From: Chthoniobacterales bacterium
Lineage (GTDB): Bacteria; Verrucomicrobiota; Verrucomicrobiia; Chthoniobacterales; Chthoniobacteraceae
NCBI GenBank assembly: GCA_038207335.1
Contig: JBBQZX010000003.1
Coordinates: forward strand, 32,001-96,000
DNA length: 64,000 nt
Direction of reading: 5' to 3'
Below the pieces are notes generated by a model. The model had not been told where the DNA came from. It saw only the letters and a list, made by a program, of their open reading frames with translations, and searched no databases. Both the position numbers and the translations under genes were made by a program. Below are positions 1 to 9,944 of this stretch, in pieces (position 1 is the first letter of the stretch; every line of letters begins with the position of its first letter).

Positions 1-11
1 GGTTCCCGCGT

Positions 12-422
12 TTGCACGAGATGCTCGCGCGCAGTTCTGCCGTCGCCATTGGCATCGGGATGATCGCCTGCTGTGTCTGCGGCATCCTCGACGGCCGGCG
101 CGCTGAAGGCGTGCAGCGCGCGCTTTACCCGAGTCTCGCCGCCCTTTGGCTGGCCTTCACCGCCCTGCCACTGGCCGTCCTCGCGGGCTGCGGGGCTATG
201 TTTCTTTTCGTGAGAATGCAGCCGCAGTTCGCGGTCGAACACCACTCGTGGATGCGGCACTCACTGCTCTTCCACCTCGGCTTCTGGGAGTGGATCGGCA
301 CCGTCGTGGTTTTCGCATTCATCGCCACGACCACCCTCCTCCTCCCGCGCTCTCCGCGGCCCTCGATTGAGCCTGCGGGCCGAGCGCTTACGCCACGACC
401 ATCCGCTCTTCGGAGAGCTTGA
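12..422 (+). CDS. Hypothetical membrane protein, probably 5'-truncated by the window edge
   Basis: Three hydrophobic stretches; frame open from the window start; no family recognised. Confidence 0.45.
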   Translation: MHEMLARSSAVAIGIGMIACCVCGILDGRRAEGVQRALYPSLAALWLAFTALPLAVLAGCGAMFLFVRMQPQFAVEHHSWMRHSLLFHLGFWEWIGTVVVFAFIATTTLLLPRSPRPSIEPAGRALTPRPSALRRA

Positions 423-801
423 TGACGCGGCCTTCCGGGTCGCGGAAATTTGTGTAGGGCCCGACGGTCGTGATGATGATGCCGCGGCGGCGGAGTTCGG
501 CGAGGACGGCGTCGCGTTTTTTCATCGAGACGTAGAGGTGAAAGTAACTGACCATTTCGCCGTGTTCGCAGCGGCGGATCGTGATCGGGAGTCCACCGAG
601 CTCCATCTCGCAGTAGCGGTCGGTGCGCTCGCTGACGACGTGCGCGCTGAGGAGATCGACGTAGAAATCGCGCACGTCTTTCCAGTTTTGGGTGAAGATT
701 GTGACCGAGTAGCAATTGGGCATCGCGGACGCGACGGGCATATCGGTGTGATCGTCGGAAACCGCATCGGTTTCGGCTGCCAAACAGGAGAGAGTCATCA
801 T
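388..801 (-). CDS. VOC/glyoxalase-family protein
   Basis: 'RDFYVDLL' and C-terminal 'NFRDPEGRVIKL' typical of the VOC fold; start may lie further downstream. Confidence 0.75.
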   Translation of the reverse strand: MMTLSCLAAETDAVSDDHTDMPVASAMPNCYSVTIFTQNWKDVRDFYVDLLSAHVVSERTDRYCEMELGGLPITIRRCEHGEMVSYFHLYVSMKKRDAVLAELRRRGIIITTVGPYTNFRDPEGRVIKLSEERMVVA

Positions 802-967
802 GGAGAACTCTTAAAGCAGCGGGTGTGCCCGAATTATGGAAATTATGGAAAACGCGTTTTACGACGGCACTTTTGATCGAAGATTTTTACCGCGGCGGAC
901 GCGGCTAGCGCTGCGAAAATCAAGGTCGGAAAGGCGCGTGCACTCGCGGGTTAACTCGATTTTCATA

Positions 968-1050
968 ACTCCCCCCGGCCGTGAACGCCGCGGCTTGAAA
1001 ACTCCGTCTCGGACCGCGCTGAAAGGTCCTCTGTTGACGGCCGGCGGAGT
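968..1050. other. Structured intergenic element (long imperfect stem enclosing a small hairpin)
   Basis: actcc-cc-ccggccgt-g-aac (968-986) pairs with gtt-g-acggccgg-c-ggagt (1033-1050); inner ggacc/ggtcc hairpin at 1011-1029. Confidence 0.5.
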
Positions 1051-1056
1051 GCGTCC

Positions 1057-1458
1057 TCAGGGATTGATGAAAATCCGATCGCGCGAGGGATCTACGACTT
1101 TCGCTCCGTGCGGGATGCCGCGAACGTCGATGAGATTGTAGGGCTCGTACGGGCTGGTCACGAATCCGTAACGGTTCGTGCGGCGCGCGTATGGGTAGTC
1201 GTAACCGTAACCCTCGTCGTATCGGTCATCGTAGCGGTTCGTGCGGCGATCGATTTGCGCGATTTTCCCGATTAGGAAACCGGCGCCTGCGCCGATCGCT
1301 GCACCGGCGAGGGCGTCGCTGCCTCGGCCGTGAAGGAGGCCACCGATGGCCGCGCCTGTGGCGGCACCCGCCACGGCGGATTGGCCGGGTGTTTCGCAGG
1401 AGGTGAGCGCAAATGCGCAGCAGAGGGACGTGGAGATGATAGGGATCGAGAGTTTCAT
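1057..1458 (-). CDS. Small lipoprotein with glycine-zipper domain
   Basis: Signal peptide with lipobox LTSC; GAATGAAIGG...GAAIGAGAG glycine zipper. Confidence 0.75.
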   Translation of the reverse strand: MKLSIPIISTSLCCAFALTSCETPGQSAVAGAATGAAIGGLLHGRGSDALAGAAIGAGAGFLIGKIAQIDRRTNRYDDRYDEGYGYDYPYARRTNRYGFVTSPYEPYNLIDVRGIPHGAKVVDPSRDRIFINP

Positions 1459-1515
1459 GTAGTGGGTTTTTGCGGCGGAGGGGTGCGGGAAAACTTCACA
1501 TGCCTTGCGCGACCG

Positions 1516-3015
1516 TCAATCAGGTCGGCTGCGCATTTTCTCACGCGCCTCGTGAATGAGGGCGGCGTAGGTCTCACTTGGCCGGTCGCCGCTTGGGTCG
1601 GTTGCGAGGCGCTCGGTACCGCGGGAAAAATCGAGCGAGAAGAGACCAAAACGCGGCGTGTAGGTGCCCCACTCGTAGTTGTCGAAGAGCGACCAGTGGA
1701 GGTATCCGATGAGCGGCACTCCGTCGCGCGCGATGCGAGTAACCTCGTGGATGTGGAGGCGCAGAAATTGGCTGCGCGTCATGCCGTCGTGGCGCTCCCG
1801 CGCGGGCTCCCCGGCGCGATTTCGGATCGCCATTCCATTTTCCGCGATGAGTACCGGACGACCAAAATCAGCGGCGTAGTGCTGGCAGAAAAAGTGGAGG
1901 CCGCGAGGCAGCACTCGCCAGTCCCACCACTTGCTCGTGATCGTCGCGAGCATCCAGCTTCGCAGCGAGCGGTTCTTGAATTCGTGATCCCACAGCACCG
2001 GCAATCGGAACGCGTGCGCGACGAACGGATCGTAGTAATCGAGCCCGAGAAAATCGAAGGTGCAGGCGCGCGGCGCGGCGTCGATCTCATCGAGCAGCGG
2101 AGAAAAGTCCGCGGTGTCAAAAGTGCGAAAGCCGATCCGATTGCTGAGCCATTTCAGCGCGGAGCCGAAGTAAAATGCGAGGTCGCGATGGAGCGGAATC
2201 TTCGCGGCGGCAAAGGCGCTCTCGAAAGCGCGCGCTCGCTCGCGAATGTCTGTGGAGACTTGATTGCGTGGCACTCCGCGCTCTCTCATGCAGAGCAGAT
2301 CGAGCAGCATTTTATCGGACCAGTAGAGGTCGCTGCAGTAGTTGTTCAGCGTGATGCGTGGCGCGGGCCAGCCGCGCTGGGCGTAGAGGTCGTGGAGTGT
2401 GTTGTAGGCGAGGACGTGGGCGCGCAGGAGTTGGTTGTAGGCGCGCGTCATCGTGCGGAATCCACCGCGCGCCCCGGAGGGAAACTGGCGTCCGAGATAG
2501 GTGTTGAGAACGAGCATGTTCGACTCGTTGATCGTGATGAACCACGCGAGCGGCGCGTCGAGCCGGGCACCGATATGCGCGACCGCCTCGCGGACGTATC
2601 GGGTGAAAAGCGCGGGGGTAACGGGGTCGAGCCACGGGTCCGAGCCGAGCCACGCTGGATGGACGAAATGATGGAGCGTGACGACTGGCTCGAGCCCGTG
2701 CTCACGCGCCGATGCGAACATCGCGGCGTAGTGATCGAGCGCCGCGAAATCGAAGTCGTCCGGGCCGCGCGGCTGCACTCGGCTCCACTCGATGCCAAGC
2801 CGAAACGCGTTGAGCCCGAGATCGCGGCAGCGCGCGAAATCCTCCTCGTAGCGATGCCAAAAATCCGCGGCGCATCCCGTCACTGCGACATCTCCGCGCT
2901 CCTCGGCAACCGCCCAATTCGTGCGCGGCTCGCCTGCTCCGTTGTATCCACCCTCGGCCTGATACGCCGAGGTCGCGACGCCCCAGAGAAAGTCTTCCGA
3001 TCCTGATTCCATCAT
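1516..3015 (-). CDS. Glycoside hydrolase family 1 (beta-glucosidase-like)
   Basis: FLWGVATSAYQAEG, acid/base TINES, nucleophile IAENG, WSLFDNYEW...RFGL. Confidence 0.92.
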   Translation of the reverse strand: MMESGSEDFLWGVATSAYQAEGGYNGAGEPRTNWAVAEERGDVAVTGCAADFWHRYEEDFARCRDLGLNAFRLGIEWSRVQPRGPDDFDFAALDHYAAMFASAREHGLEPVVTLHHFVHPAWLGSDPWLDPVTPALFTRYVREAVAHIGARLDAPLAWFITINESNMLVLNTYLGRQFPSGARGGFRTMTRAYNQLLRAHVLAYNTLHDLYAQRGWPAPRITLNNYCSDLYWSDKMLLDLLCMRERGVPRNQVSTDIRERARAFESAFAAAKIPLHRDLAFYFGSALKWLSNRIGFRTFDTADFSPLLDEIDAAPRACTFDFLGLDYYDPFVAHAFRLPVLWDHEFKNRSLRSWMLATITSKWWDWRVLPRGLHFFCQHYAADFGRPVLIAENGMAIRNRAGEPARERHDGMTRSQFLRLHIHEVTRIARDGVPLIGYLHWSLFDNYEWGTYTPRFGLFSLDFSRGTERLATDPSGDRPSETYAALIHEAREKMRSRPD

Positions 3016-3025
3016 GCTTCACGGT

Positions 3026-4204
3026 TCACTCGCGCGCTGCCGCGAGTGCGATGGCCTCGCGCTGTTCGTCGCCGAGGATCAGCGGAGGGAGGCGGTCTTC
3101 GAGCAGCGTGCGGACGACTTCGTGCGCGGCGTTCGGACGCCCGAGCGCGCGGGCTTGCGCGGCCATGCGGGCGAGGCGCGGCGGATCGGCGAGCAGCCTG
3201 TCGAGCTTGAAGGGTAGCGTGGTGAGCTCGTTGCATTTGATCGCCGCGCCATCCTCGAGCAGGTGGTCGCTGTTGCGCTCCTCCTGCCCTGGAATCGGCG
3301 ACACCACAGCCATCGGCAGCCCGCACGCGAGCGCCTCGGAGGTTGTGAGTCCGCCGGGCTTTCCGACGAAGAGATCGCTGATTTGCATCAGCTCATGCAT
3401 CCGCGTCGTGTAACCGAGGATGCAGAACGCAGGATTGCCGCCACGAGTCACGGCGGTGAGACGTTCACGCAGCTCGTCGCTTTTCCCGCAGATCACGATC
3501 GTCTGCGCGGGATGCCGCAACTCCATGAGCCGCCGCACGACGACCTCCGTCGGACCGACTCCAAGTGCGCCTGCGGAAAGCAGCAGCGTCGTCTTTTCGG
3601 CATCGAGCCCAAGATCCGTGCGCACCGCACTGCGGTCTATTTTTTGCGCGAAAATCGGATCAATCGGAATGCCGGTGACGCTGATGCGTTCGCCGGGGAG
3701 GCCGAGCGCTTCGAGGTGCGCCTTCGTTTCGTCGATCGCGACGAAGTAACGGTGGAAGACTTTCGAGAGCCACATCGCGTGGCAATCCATGTCGGTGACG
3801 ACGATCGAGAGCCGCGTATCGAGTTCCTTTTTCTCGATGAGATGTGAGATGATGCCCGCGGGCATGAAGTGCGTGCAGACCGTGATGTGCGGGTCGAAAT
3901 CGCGGATGAATTTCACGAGCGGCCGCGTGTTCAGGCGGTCGAACTGCTGGCGGACGGCCTCGTTTTTCCACGGCTCATCGGTGCTGCGGTATGCAAAGCC
4001 GAGGAGCTGCGGCGCGTTGCGCACGAGCGTGGCGTAGAGCGTCGAGTAGAATTCGCGAAAGAGAGTGTTCGTGTATTTGAGCGCGTCCTCGTGGACGACT
4101 TTCTCGACACGCTCGTCGGCTGCGAAGGCCTGTTCCAATGCGGCGCCGCAGCGCAAATGGCCGGTGCCGGCGCTGGTGGAAATGATGAGGACGCGCTGCT
4201 TCAT
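3026..4204 (-). CDS. Diacylglycerol glycosyltransferase (MGDG synthase/UgtP-like, GT28)
   Basis: GTGH, VCTHF, VTD, TGIPI, KPGGLTTSEALA, PGQEERN motifs. Confidence 0.88.
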   Translation of the reverse strand: MKQRVLIISTSAGTGHLRCGAALEQAFAADERVEKVVHEDALKYTNTLFREFYSTLYATLVRNAPQLLGFAYRSTDEPWKNEAVRQQFDRLNTRPLVKFIRDFDPHITVCTHFMPAGIISHLIEKKELDTRLSIVVTDMDCHAMWLSKVFHRYFVAIDETKAHLEALGLPGERISVTGIPIDPIFAQKIDRSAVRTDLGLDAEKTTLLLSAGALGVGPTEVVVRRLMELRHPAQTIVICGKSDELRERLTAVTRGGNPAFCILGYTTRMHELMQISDLFVGKPGGLTTSEALACGLPMAVVSPIPGQEERNSDHLLEDGAAIKCNELTTLPFKLDRLLADPPRLARMAAQARALGRPNAAHEVVRTLLEDRLPPLILGDEQREAIALAAARE

Positions 4205-4368
4205 GGATGAGTAATGAGTGAATGGAAGATTCGGCGCACGTTCTTCGTCGTTTGCGACACGAGCTATTCGGCATTCATTGATCCTGAGCTCCTTCGCCGG
4301 TCGCTCATCTTTTCAAGATCCTCCCGTGAATGAAAACCCCACGACTTGAGTCTCATCTCGCAACTCAC

Positions 4369-6624
4369 ATGAAAACCCCACGTCTCCTCACGCTCGCGTT
4401 CGTGCTTTTCGCCGCTCTCGCCGGACTCGCTCCGCGCGCGGCGCAGGCCGATGTTTCATTCAGTTATTTTTACGATTCGCTCGATCCGTATGGCGATTGG
4501 GTCGATGTCGATGGCTACGGCTACTGCTGGCATCCCGAGGGCGTCGGCGACGACTGGGCGCCCTATACGGATGGATACTGGAGCTACACCGACGCGGGCT
4601 GGACTTGGGTGAGCTACGAGGATTTCGGCAGCATTTGCTACCACTACGGGCGATGGGTGCGGATCGAGGGTGAAGGCTGGTGCTGGGTGCCCGACAATCA
4701 GTGGGGGCCGGCGTGGGTCTCTTGGAGGCACAGCGAAGACCGCGTCGGCTGGGCACCGCTACCGCCCGAGGCGCACTTCCGGCGCGACGTGGGCTTCAGC
4801 GTCTGGGTCGATACGAGCTACGACATCGGGCCGTCTTATTATAACTTCTGCGACTACCGCGATTTTGGCGCGCCGGTGCTGACTTCGGTGATTTATCCGC
4901 GGTCGCGGAATGTCGTGTTCATCGAGAATTCGGTGAACATCACGAACATCTCGTTCAACACCGGGAGCAACTTCGTCTATTGCGGCGGGCCGCAGTACGA
5001 CTATATCTCCACGCGGAGCGCGCATCGTGTGCCGACGCTGAAGCTGGTGCAAAACACGACCATCGTGAACAACACGGTGATTAATAATTTCAACGGCGAC
5101 CGGGCCGCGCGACGTGCGGCGAATGCGCTGCCGAGGAATGTGCAGCGCGGGAATGCGCTGGAAGTTTTTGCGCCAGCGGTGGCGGCACGCCCCTCGGCGA
5201 ATGCGGCGCGTCCGGCGAAAATCTCGAAGGTCGTGGCGAGTGACAAAATCAACAAGGGATGGGCTGGCATGAAAGACCCGGAAGCGCGCAAAGGGCTCAA
5301 ACAGAAGCTCGCGCAGCAGACGAATGGACTCACGCCAGAGAATACGCCTGCGAAAGCGGTGCAGTTCGCGGATTTGAAGCCGGTGCCCGAAAAGGCGGAC
5401 CTGACCGCGGTGTCGCCTGCAGCGACCGGGAAAGTGCGGCCTGGCAAACGCGGCGAACCGCTAGTCGCGGAGCCGGTGAATCCGGCTGGCGAGGCGGCGC
5501 AAGCGGGTGTTCGCGGAAAGGGAAAACAAGGCAGGCCCGGTGAGGTCTCGGCGACGGAGAATCCTACGCAGCCCGCTGCCGCTGCCGACCCGGTAAAGCC
5601 CGGAAAAGGTGATGGGCGGATGGGCAAAAATGGAAAACCCGAGCGAGCGCAGCAACCCGCCGTGGCAGCGGAACCCGTGACCGCGCCGGATGCAAATCCG
5701 CCTTCCGTGCTAGGGAAAGGAAAACACAAAACCGCCGCGGATGCAGTGGGGCTCCCGCAGCCAGTCGTCGAAACGCCGGATGCGAACGACCGTCGACGCG
5801 ATGCCGTCACAGATGTCGGCGGGAAGAATTCCGAAGCGATGAAAGAACGCAACAAACAAGCAGCGGAGCAAACGGCTGGAGAGCGTGAAGCAGCCAAAAC
5901 ACAAGCCGCGGAGCAGGCGGTGACCGCGCGCCAGGCAGCCAAGGTGCAGGCAGCAGAACAGGCTGCTGGCGAGCGCGAAGCGACGCGGGCTCGGGCCGCG
6001 GAAAAGATGCGTTCGAGCGAGGCGGCCGCGCAGGCGGCGGCGGCGAATCGTCGTGAGAAACTGCAGGCGGCGGAGGCGGAGCAGGCTCGTTCACGGATGG
6101 AGATGCACCAGCACGAGCAGGCGCTCAAGGAGAGCAAACAAGCCGCGCGTGAGTCGCAGGCTGCGGAGAGCCAGCGCGCGCAACAGCGGGACTCGGCCGC
6201 GATGGAGTCGCGCCGCGCTGCGCAGGATCAAGCGCGCCAGGAGGCCGCTCGTCAGCAGCAGCAGGCGGATGGGCAGCGGGAGGCGCGCGCGGCGCAAATG
6301 CAGCAGCAGCGTGCGGTTGAAAATCAGCGGGCGGTGCAACAGCAGCGCGCAGCGGATTCGCAGCAACAAAAGCGCGCTAGTGAGAACCAGCGCGCCACTG
6401 CCCAAGCGCGCGCGGAAGCCATGCAGCAACAGCGCGCGCAGCAGCAGCAGCAGCAGCAAGTCCAGCAACAGCAGCAGCGCCGCGCGGAGCCTCAGCGCGT
6501 ACCGCAACAGCAACAGCAGCAGCGGCAGCCGCAGCAGCAAGTCACGTCCGGACAGGGCCAGGGAAAAGGGAATGGAAAACGCGGCATGACGCCTGAAGAA
6601 GCCGCGGCGCTTCAGCGCCGTTGA
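4369..6624 (+). CDS. Secreted protein with Trp/Tyr/Pro-rich N-domain (DUF6600-like) and long low-complexity Ala/Gln tail
   Basis: Signal peptide; LDPYGDW...WAPYTDGYW...HYGRW...WGPAWVSWR...GWAPLPP; poly-Gln C-terminus; alternative in-frame ATG at 4330. Confidence 0.8.
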   Translation: MKTPRLLTLAFVLFAALAGLAPRAAQADVSFSYFYDSLDPYGDWVDVDGYGYCWHPEGVGDDWAPYTDGYWSYTDAGWTWVSYEDFGSICYHYGRWVRIEGEGWCWVPDNQWGPAWVSWRHSEDRVGWAPLPPEAHFRRDVGFSVWVDTSYDIGPSYYNFCDYRDFGAPVLTSVIYPRSRNVVFIENSVNITNISFNTGSNFVYCGGPQYDYISTRSAHRVPTLKLVQNTTIVNNTVINNFNGDRAARRAANALPRNVQRGNALEVFAPAVAARPSANAARPAKISKVVASDKINKGWAGMKDPEARKGLKQKLAQQTNGLTPENTPAKAVQFADLKPVPEKADLTAVSPAATGKVRPGKRGEPLVAEPVNPAGEAAQAGVRGKGKQGRPGEVSATENPTQPAAAADPVKPGKGDGRMGKNGKPERAQQPAVAAEPVTAPDANPPSVLGKGKHKTAADAVGLPQPVVETPDANDRRRDAVTDVGGKNSEAMKERNKQAAEQTAGEREAAKTQAAEQAVTARQAAKVQAAEQAAGEREATRARAAEKMRSSEAAAQAAAANRREKLQAAEAEQARSRMEMHQHEQALKESKQAARESQAAESQRAQQRDSAAMESRRAAQDQARQEAARQQQQADGQREARAAQMQQQRAVENQRAVQQQRAADSQQQKRASENQRATAQARAEAMQQQRAQQQQQQQVQQQQQRRAEPQRVPQQQQQQRQPQQQVTSGQGQGKGNGKRGMTPEEAAALQRR

Positions 6625-6798
6625 GGCACGCCGCGGTTGCGGCCGGGATCGTTGGTCCCGGCAGCCGTGAGCGACCGAACGCTCGCATCGTCCCGACGAT
6701 GCGAGCGCGTCTTTCGGCAACGTCAGCGATCCCGGCGACGGCGGAAATACCACTTTCCCAAACACCGACTGCGTGGCACCGTCCCCGCCCTTTCTCAA

Positions 6799-7980
6799 AT
6801 GAAATCCAAGCGCTCAATCACCGTTTCCCTCACCCTGTCGCTCCTCGCGGCCCAATCTCTCATCGCCGCCGATCCGGCAAAAAAAGGCGCGACGAAAGCG
6901 CCAGTTCCCGCTGCGAAAGCTCCGGCCGCTGCTGTGAAAGCAACCACGCCGCCGGCCGCGAATGATCCTCAGATCAAGGATCCCGTGGCAGTGGTCGAGG
7001 GACAGGAGATCAAAAAAGCCGACCTCGACGAAGCGCTTGTAGGCGTCCTGGCGCAGAGCGGACGCAAGCCCGCGGACATCCCGCCTGAGCAAAAAGCGGG
7101 CGCTTATCGGATGATTCTTGACGATATCATCGTCGATAAATTGATCGCGAAGCGCTCGGCCGACGAGAAAGTGACCGACGAGGAAGTGGATGCGACTTTC
7201 AAGAAAATGACCGAGGGCCACGGCTCGGACGAGGAGATCAAAAAGCAGATCGAGCAGAGCGGCCAGACGATCGAAAAAATTAAGGCGAACATCCGCAACA
7301 ACCTCAAGCAGCAGAAGTGGGTCGAGGAGCAGATCAAGGGCAAGGACGATGTGGCCGAGGCGGACGCGAAGGCTTTTTACGACAAGAATCCAGAGCAGTT
7401 CAAAGCGCCGGAGCGCGTGCGCGCCAGCCACATTTTGCTTTCACTCAAGGCGGACTCGACGCCAGAAGAAGTGACGAAAAAAGAAAAGGCGGCGCAGGAC
7501 ATCGCGGCGCGGGCGAAGAAGGGGGAGGACTTTGCGGCGATGGCAAAGGAACTGTCCGAGGATCCGAGCGGAAAGGCGAATGGTGGCGACCTCGATTTCT
7601 TCACCAAGGAGCAGATGGTGCCGGAGTTTGCGAGCGCCGCGTTCGGCATGAAAAAGGGTGATATTAGCGACCCGGTGCGCAGCCAGTTCGGATACCACAT
7701 CATCAAACTGACCGACCGCAAGGATCCCGAGACGGTGACTTTGGAAAAGGCGATGCCGCAGCTCATGGCGTATCTCAAGCAGCAGAAAAAGCAGGAAGCC
7801 GTGCAGAATCTCGTGAAGGAAATCCGGGAAAAAGCGGATGTGAAAATCAATCTGCCGGAGCCCGCTCCGATCGCGCCGGCGCCAATCGTGCCGGGTGCAT
7901 CGAGCGCGCCGACTGAGGCTGTCACGCCGCCCGTGAGCGCCCCCGCTGCGGACGCGCCCGCCGCGCCGGAAAAGAAGTAA
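6799..7980 (+). CDS. Parvulin-type peptidyl-prolyl isomerase (PrsA/SurA-like foldase)
   Basis: Signal peptide from ATG 6799; RASHIL, SED..GGDL.F, FGYHII. Confidence 0.92.
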   Translation: MKSKRSITVSLTLSLLAAQSLIAADPAKKGATKAPVPAAKAPAAAVKATTPPAANDPQIKDPVAVVEGQEIKKADLDEALVGVLAQSGRKPADIPPEQKAGAYRMILDDIIVDKLIAKRSADEKVTDEEVDATFKKMTEGHGSDEEIKKQIEQSGQTIEKIKANIRNNLKQQKWVEEQIKGKDDVAEADAKAFYDKNPEQFKAPERVRASHILLSLKADSTPEEVTKKEKAAQDIAARAKKGEDFAAMAKELSEDPSGKANGGDLDFFTKEQMVPEFASAAFGMKKGDISDPVRSQFGYHIIKLTDRKDPETVTLEKAMPQLMAYLKQQKKQEAVQNLVKEIREKADVKINLPEPAPIAPAPIVPGASSAPTEAVTPPVSAPAADAPAAPEKK

Positions 7981-8007
7981 TTCGCGGGCGCCCGCGAACA
8001 TACGGCG

Positions 8008-9066
8008 ATGGCTCGGAAACAGCGCAAGACCGCCGGAGTCATCGGACTCGGAATCATCGGTTCGCGTGCGGCCGCAGGGCTGCGCGCTGCGGGGTTTTCG
8101 GTCTTCGTCTGGAATCGCAGTCCGCAGCCGGCGCCGAATTTTCTCGGCTCGCCGGCCGAGGTCGCGCGGGCGAGCGACATTGTGCAGCTATTCGTGGCGG
8201 ATGCGCGCGCGGTATTCTCGGTGATCGAGGCGATGAGTGAGGCGCTCACGCCCGAGCATATCGTGATTTGCAGCGCGACGATCGGGCGCGAGGCGACTGC
8301 GGAAGCCGCGAAGATGGTCGAGAAGACTGGGGCGCGATTCCTCGATGCGCCTTTCACCGGGAGCAAAGTCGCGGCGGAAAAACGGCAGCTCGTCTATTAT
8401 GTCGGCGGTGACGAGCCGACGTTTCTGCGCGCAAAACCGGTGCTCGAAGCGAGCAGTAAAATCATCGTGCCGGTCGGGAAGATTGGCGATGCGGCGGTGG
8501 TGAAAGTTGTCACGAACATGATCGCTGCCGTGAGCATCCAAGCGCTAAGCGAGGCGCTCGCGATCGTGAAGAAATCTGGGCTCGATCCCGAGGTGCTCGC
8601 CGCCGCGCTCGAGCACAATGCCTGCCGCTCAGGCACGATCGAGTTGAAGTTGCCGAAGATGATGACCGGCGATTTCGAGCCACACTTTTCGGTGAAGCAC
8701 ATGTTCAAGGACGTGCAGCTCGGAGTTCACATGGCGCGCGAGGCGGGCGTCGAGAGTCCCGCTGCGACGGTCACTGCGGGCGTGCTCTACGGCGCGATGA
8801 ATCACGGTTGGGCGGACCTCGATTTCGCGTCGATCTTCAAAATGTATGACACCGTGCTCGATGAGCGCGCGGCGCGGATCACTGTGCCAGAGCCGATTCC
8901 CGAGGAGCCAGGCGCGCTTGAGGTCGTTGCCGCCATTCCGCGCGAGGCCAAGGCCGCGATCGACGCCGCCGCGTCCGAAGAGCTGCCCGGCGGCACCGAC
9001 CACGATGCGCACGGAGCGAAGCCTTTCAATCGCGTGAAGCGCTTCTTTTCCTCGGACCAATCATGA
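8008..9066 (+). CDS. NAD(P)-dependent oxidoreductase, 3-hydroxyisobutyrate dehydrogenase family
   Basis: GVIGLGIIG Rossmann motif, WNRS, LDAPFTGS, catalytic Lys in KVVTN, KD motif. Confidence 0.88.
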   Translation: MARKQRKTAGVIGLGIIGSRAAAGLRAAGFSVFVWNRSPQPAPNFLGSPAEVARASDIVQLFVADARAVFSVIEAMSEALTPEHIVICSATIGREATAEAAKMVEKTGARFLDAPFTGSKVAAEKRQLVYYVGGDEPTFLRAKPVLEASSKIIVPVGKIGDAAVVKVVTNMIAAVSIQALSEALAIVKKSGLDPEVLAAALEHNACRSGTIELKLPKMMTGDFEPHFSVKHMFKDVQLGVHMAREAGVESPAATVTAGVLYGAMNHGWADLDFASIFKMYDTVLDERAARITVPEPIPEEPGALEVVAAIPREAKAAIDAAASEELPGGTDHDAHGAKPFNRVKRFFSSDQS

Positions 9067-9944
9067 GCCGCGGCCTCGTCGCCGACGTCAGCGACCGCGT
9101 CCAGCTCGAACTCACCGGCGCGGACCGCGTGCGCTATTTGAATGGCCAAGTCACGAGCAACGTCACCCGTCTCGCCCCCGGGCAGACGCAACCCGCTTGC
9201 GTGACCACGGCGAAAGGCCGTCTCTGCGCGGAAGTTTTCATCACTGCGACTGCGGATGCGCTGCTCATCGACGCAGACGCCTCGCTCCGCGAATCACTCC
9301 CCGCGCGGCTCGAGCGCTACATTGTCGCCGACGACGTGATGCTCTCCGAGGCCGCGTCTGGCACGCGGCTCATCCATTTGATCGGTGGCGACAGCTCCGC
9401 GTTCGCGGACTTTCCGCTCGTCGCCGCGCGCCGTTTTGGCATCGACGGTTGGGATTTGCGAATTGCTCCCGATGAGCTTCCGCACAGCCTGCTGCAACTC
9501 ATTGACGCCCATTTTACGCCACTCGATGAGCCTGCGCAGGAGACGCTCCGCATCGAGCGCGGAATCCCACGGTGGGGCAGCGAACTCGATGAAAACACAC
9601 TTCCGCCCGAGGCCGGTCTCGACCGCACGCACGTCGATTTTCACAAGGGCTGCTACATTGGCCAGGAGGTAATCTCGCGCATCAAAAGCGTCGGGCACGT
9701 AAATCGCGAGCTCGTCGGTTTCGTCTCTCAAGGCGCGCCGCTCACGTCCGGGATGACGATCTTCTCGGACACCGCACCTGAGAAATCTGCGGGCACGATC
9801 ACGAGCGCGGCGTGGAGTTTAGCCTTGGAGAAATCGATCGCGCTCGGATACCTCAAGCGCGGCACCGCGATGCACGGCCTCACAGCCCGATCCGCTACCG
9901 CCGACGCGCCCGTCATCGCGCAGGCCCTTCCATTTGTCTCATGA
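9063..9944 (+). CDS. ygfZ: Folate-binding protein YgfZ
   Basis: Signature KGCYIGQE; ATGA overlap with the upstream gene. Confidence 0.92.
   Translation: MSRGLVADVSDRVQLELTGADRVRYLNGQVTSNVTRLAPGQTQPACVTTAKGRLCAEVFITATADALLIDADASLRESLPARLERYIVADDVMLSEAASGTRLIHLIGGDSSAFADFPLVAARRFGIDGWDLRIAPDELPHSLLQLIDAHFTPLDEPAQETLRIERGIPRWGSELDENTLPPEAGLDRTHVDFHKGCYIGQEVISRIKSVGHVNRELVGFVSQGAPLTSGMTIFSDTAPEKSAGTITSAAWSLALEKSIALGYLKRGTAMHGLTARSATADAPVIAQALPFVS

Noticed and set aside
968..1050. Integron attC site
   Set aside because: The AAC/GTT triplets lie inside the stem, do not fit RYYYAAC/GTTRRRY, and no integrase or cassette array is present.
7981..7998. Perfect 18-bp palindrome ttcgcgggcgcccgcgaa after the PPIase stop
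   Set aside because: Single GC-rich hairpin with no U-tract and no second copy seen; no function can be supported.
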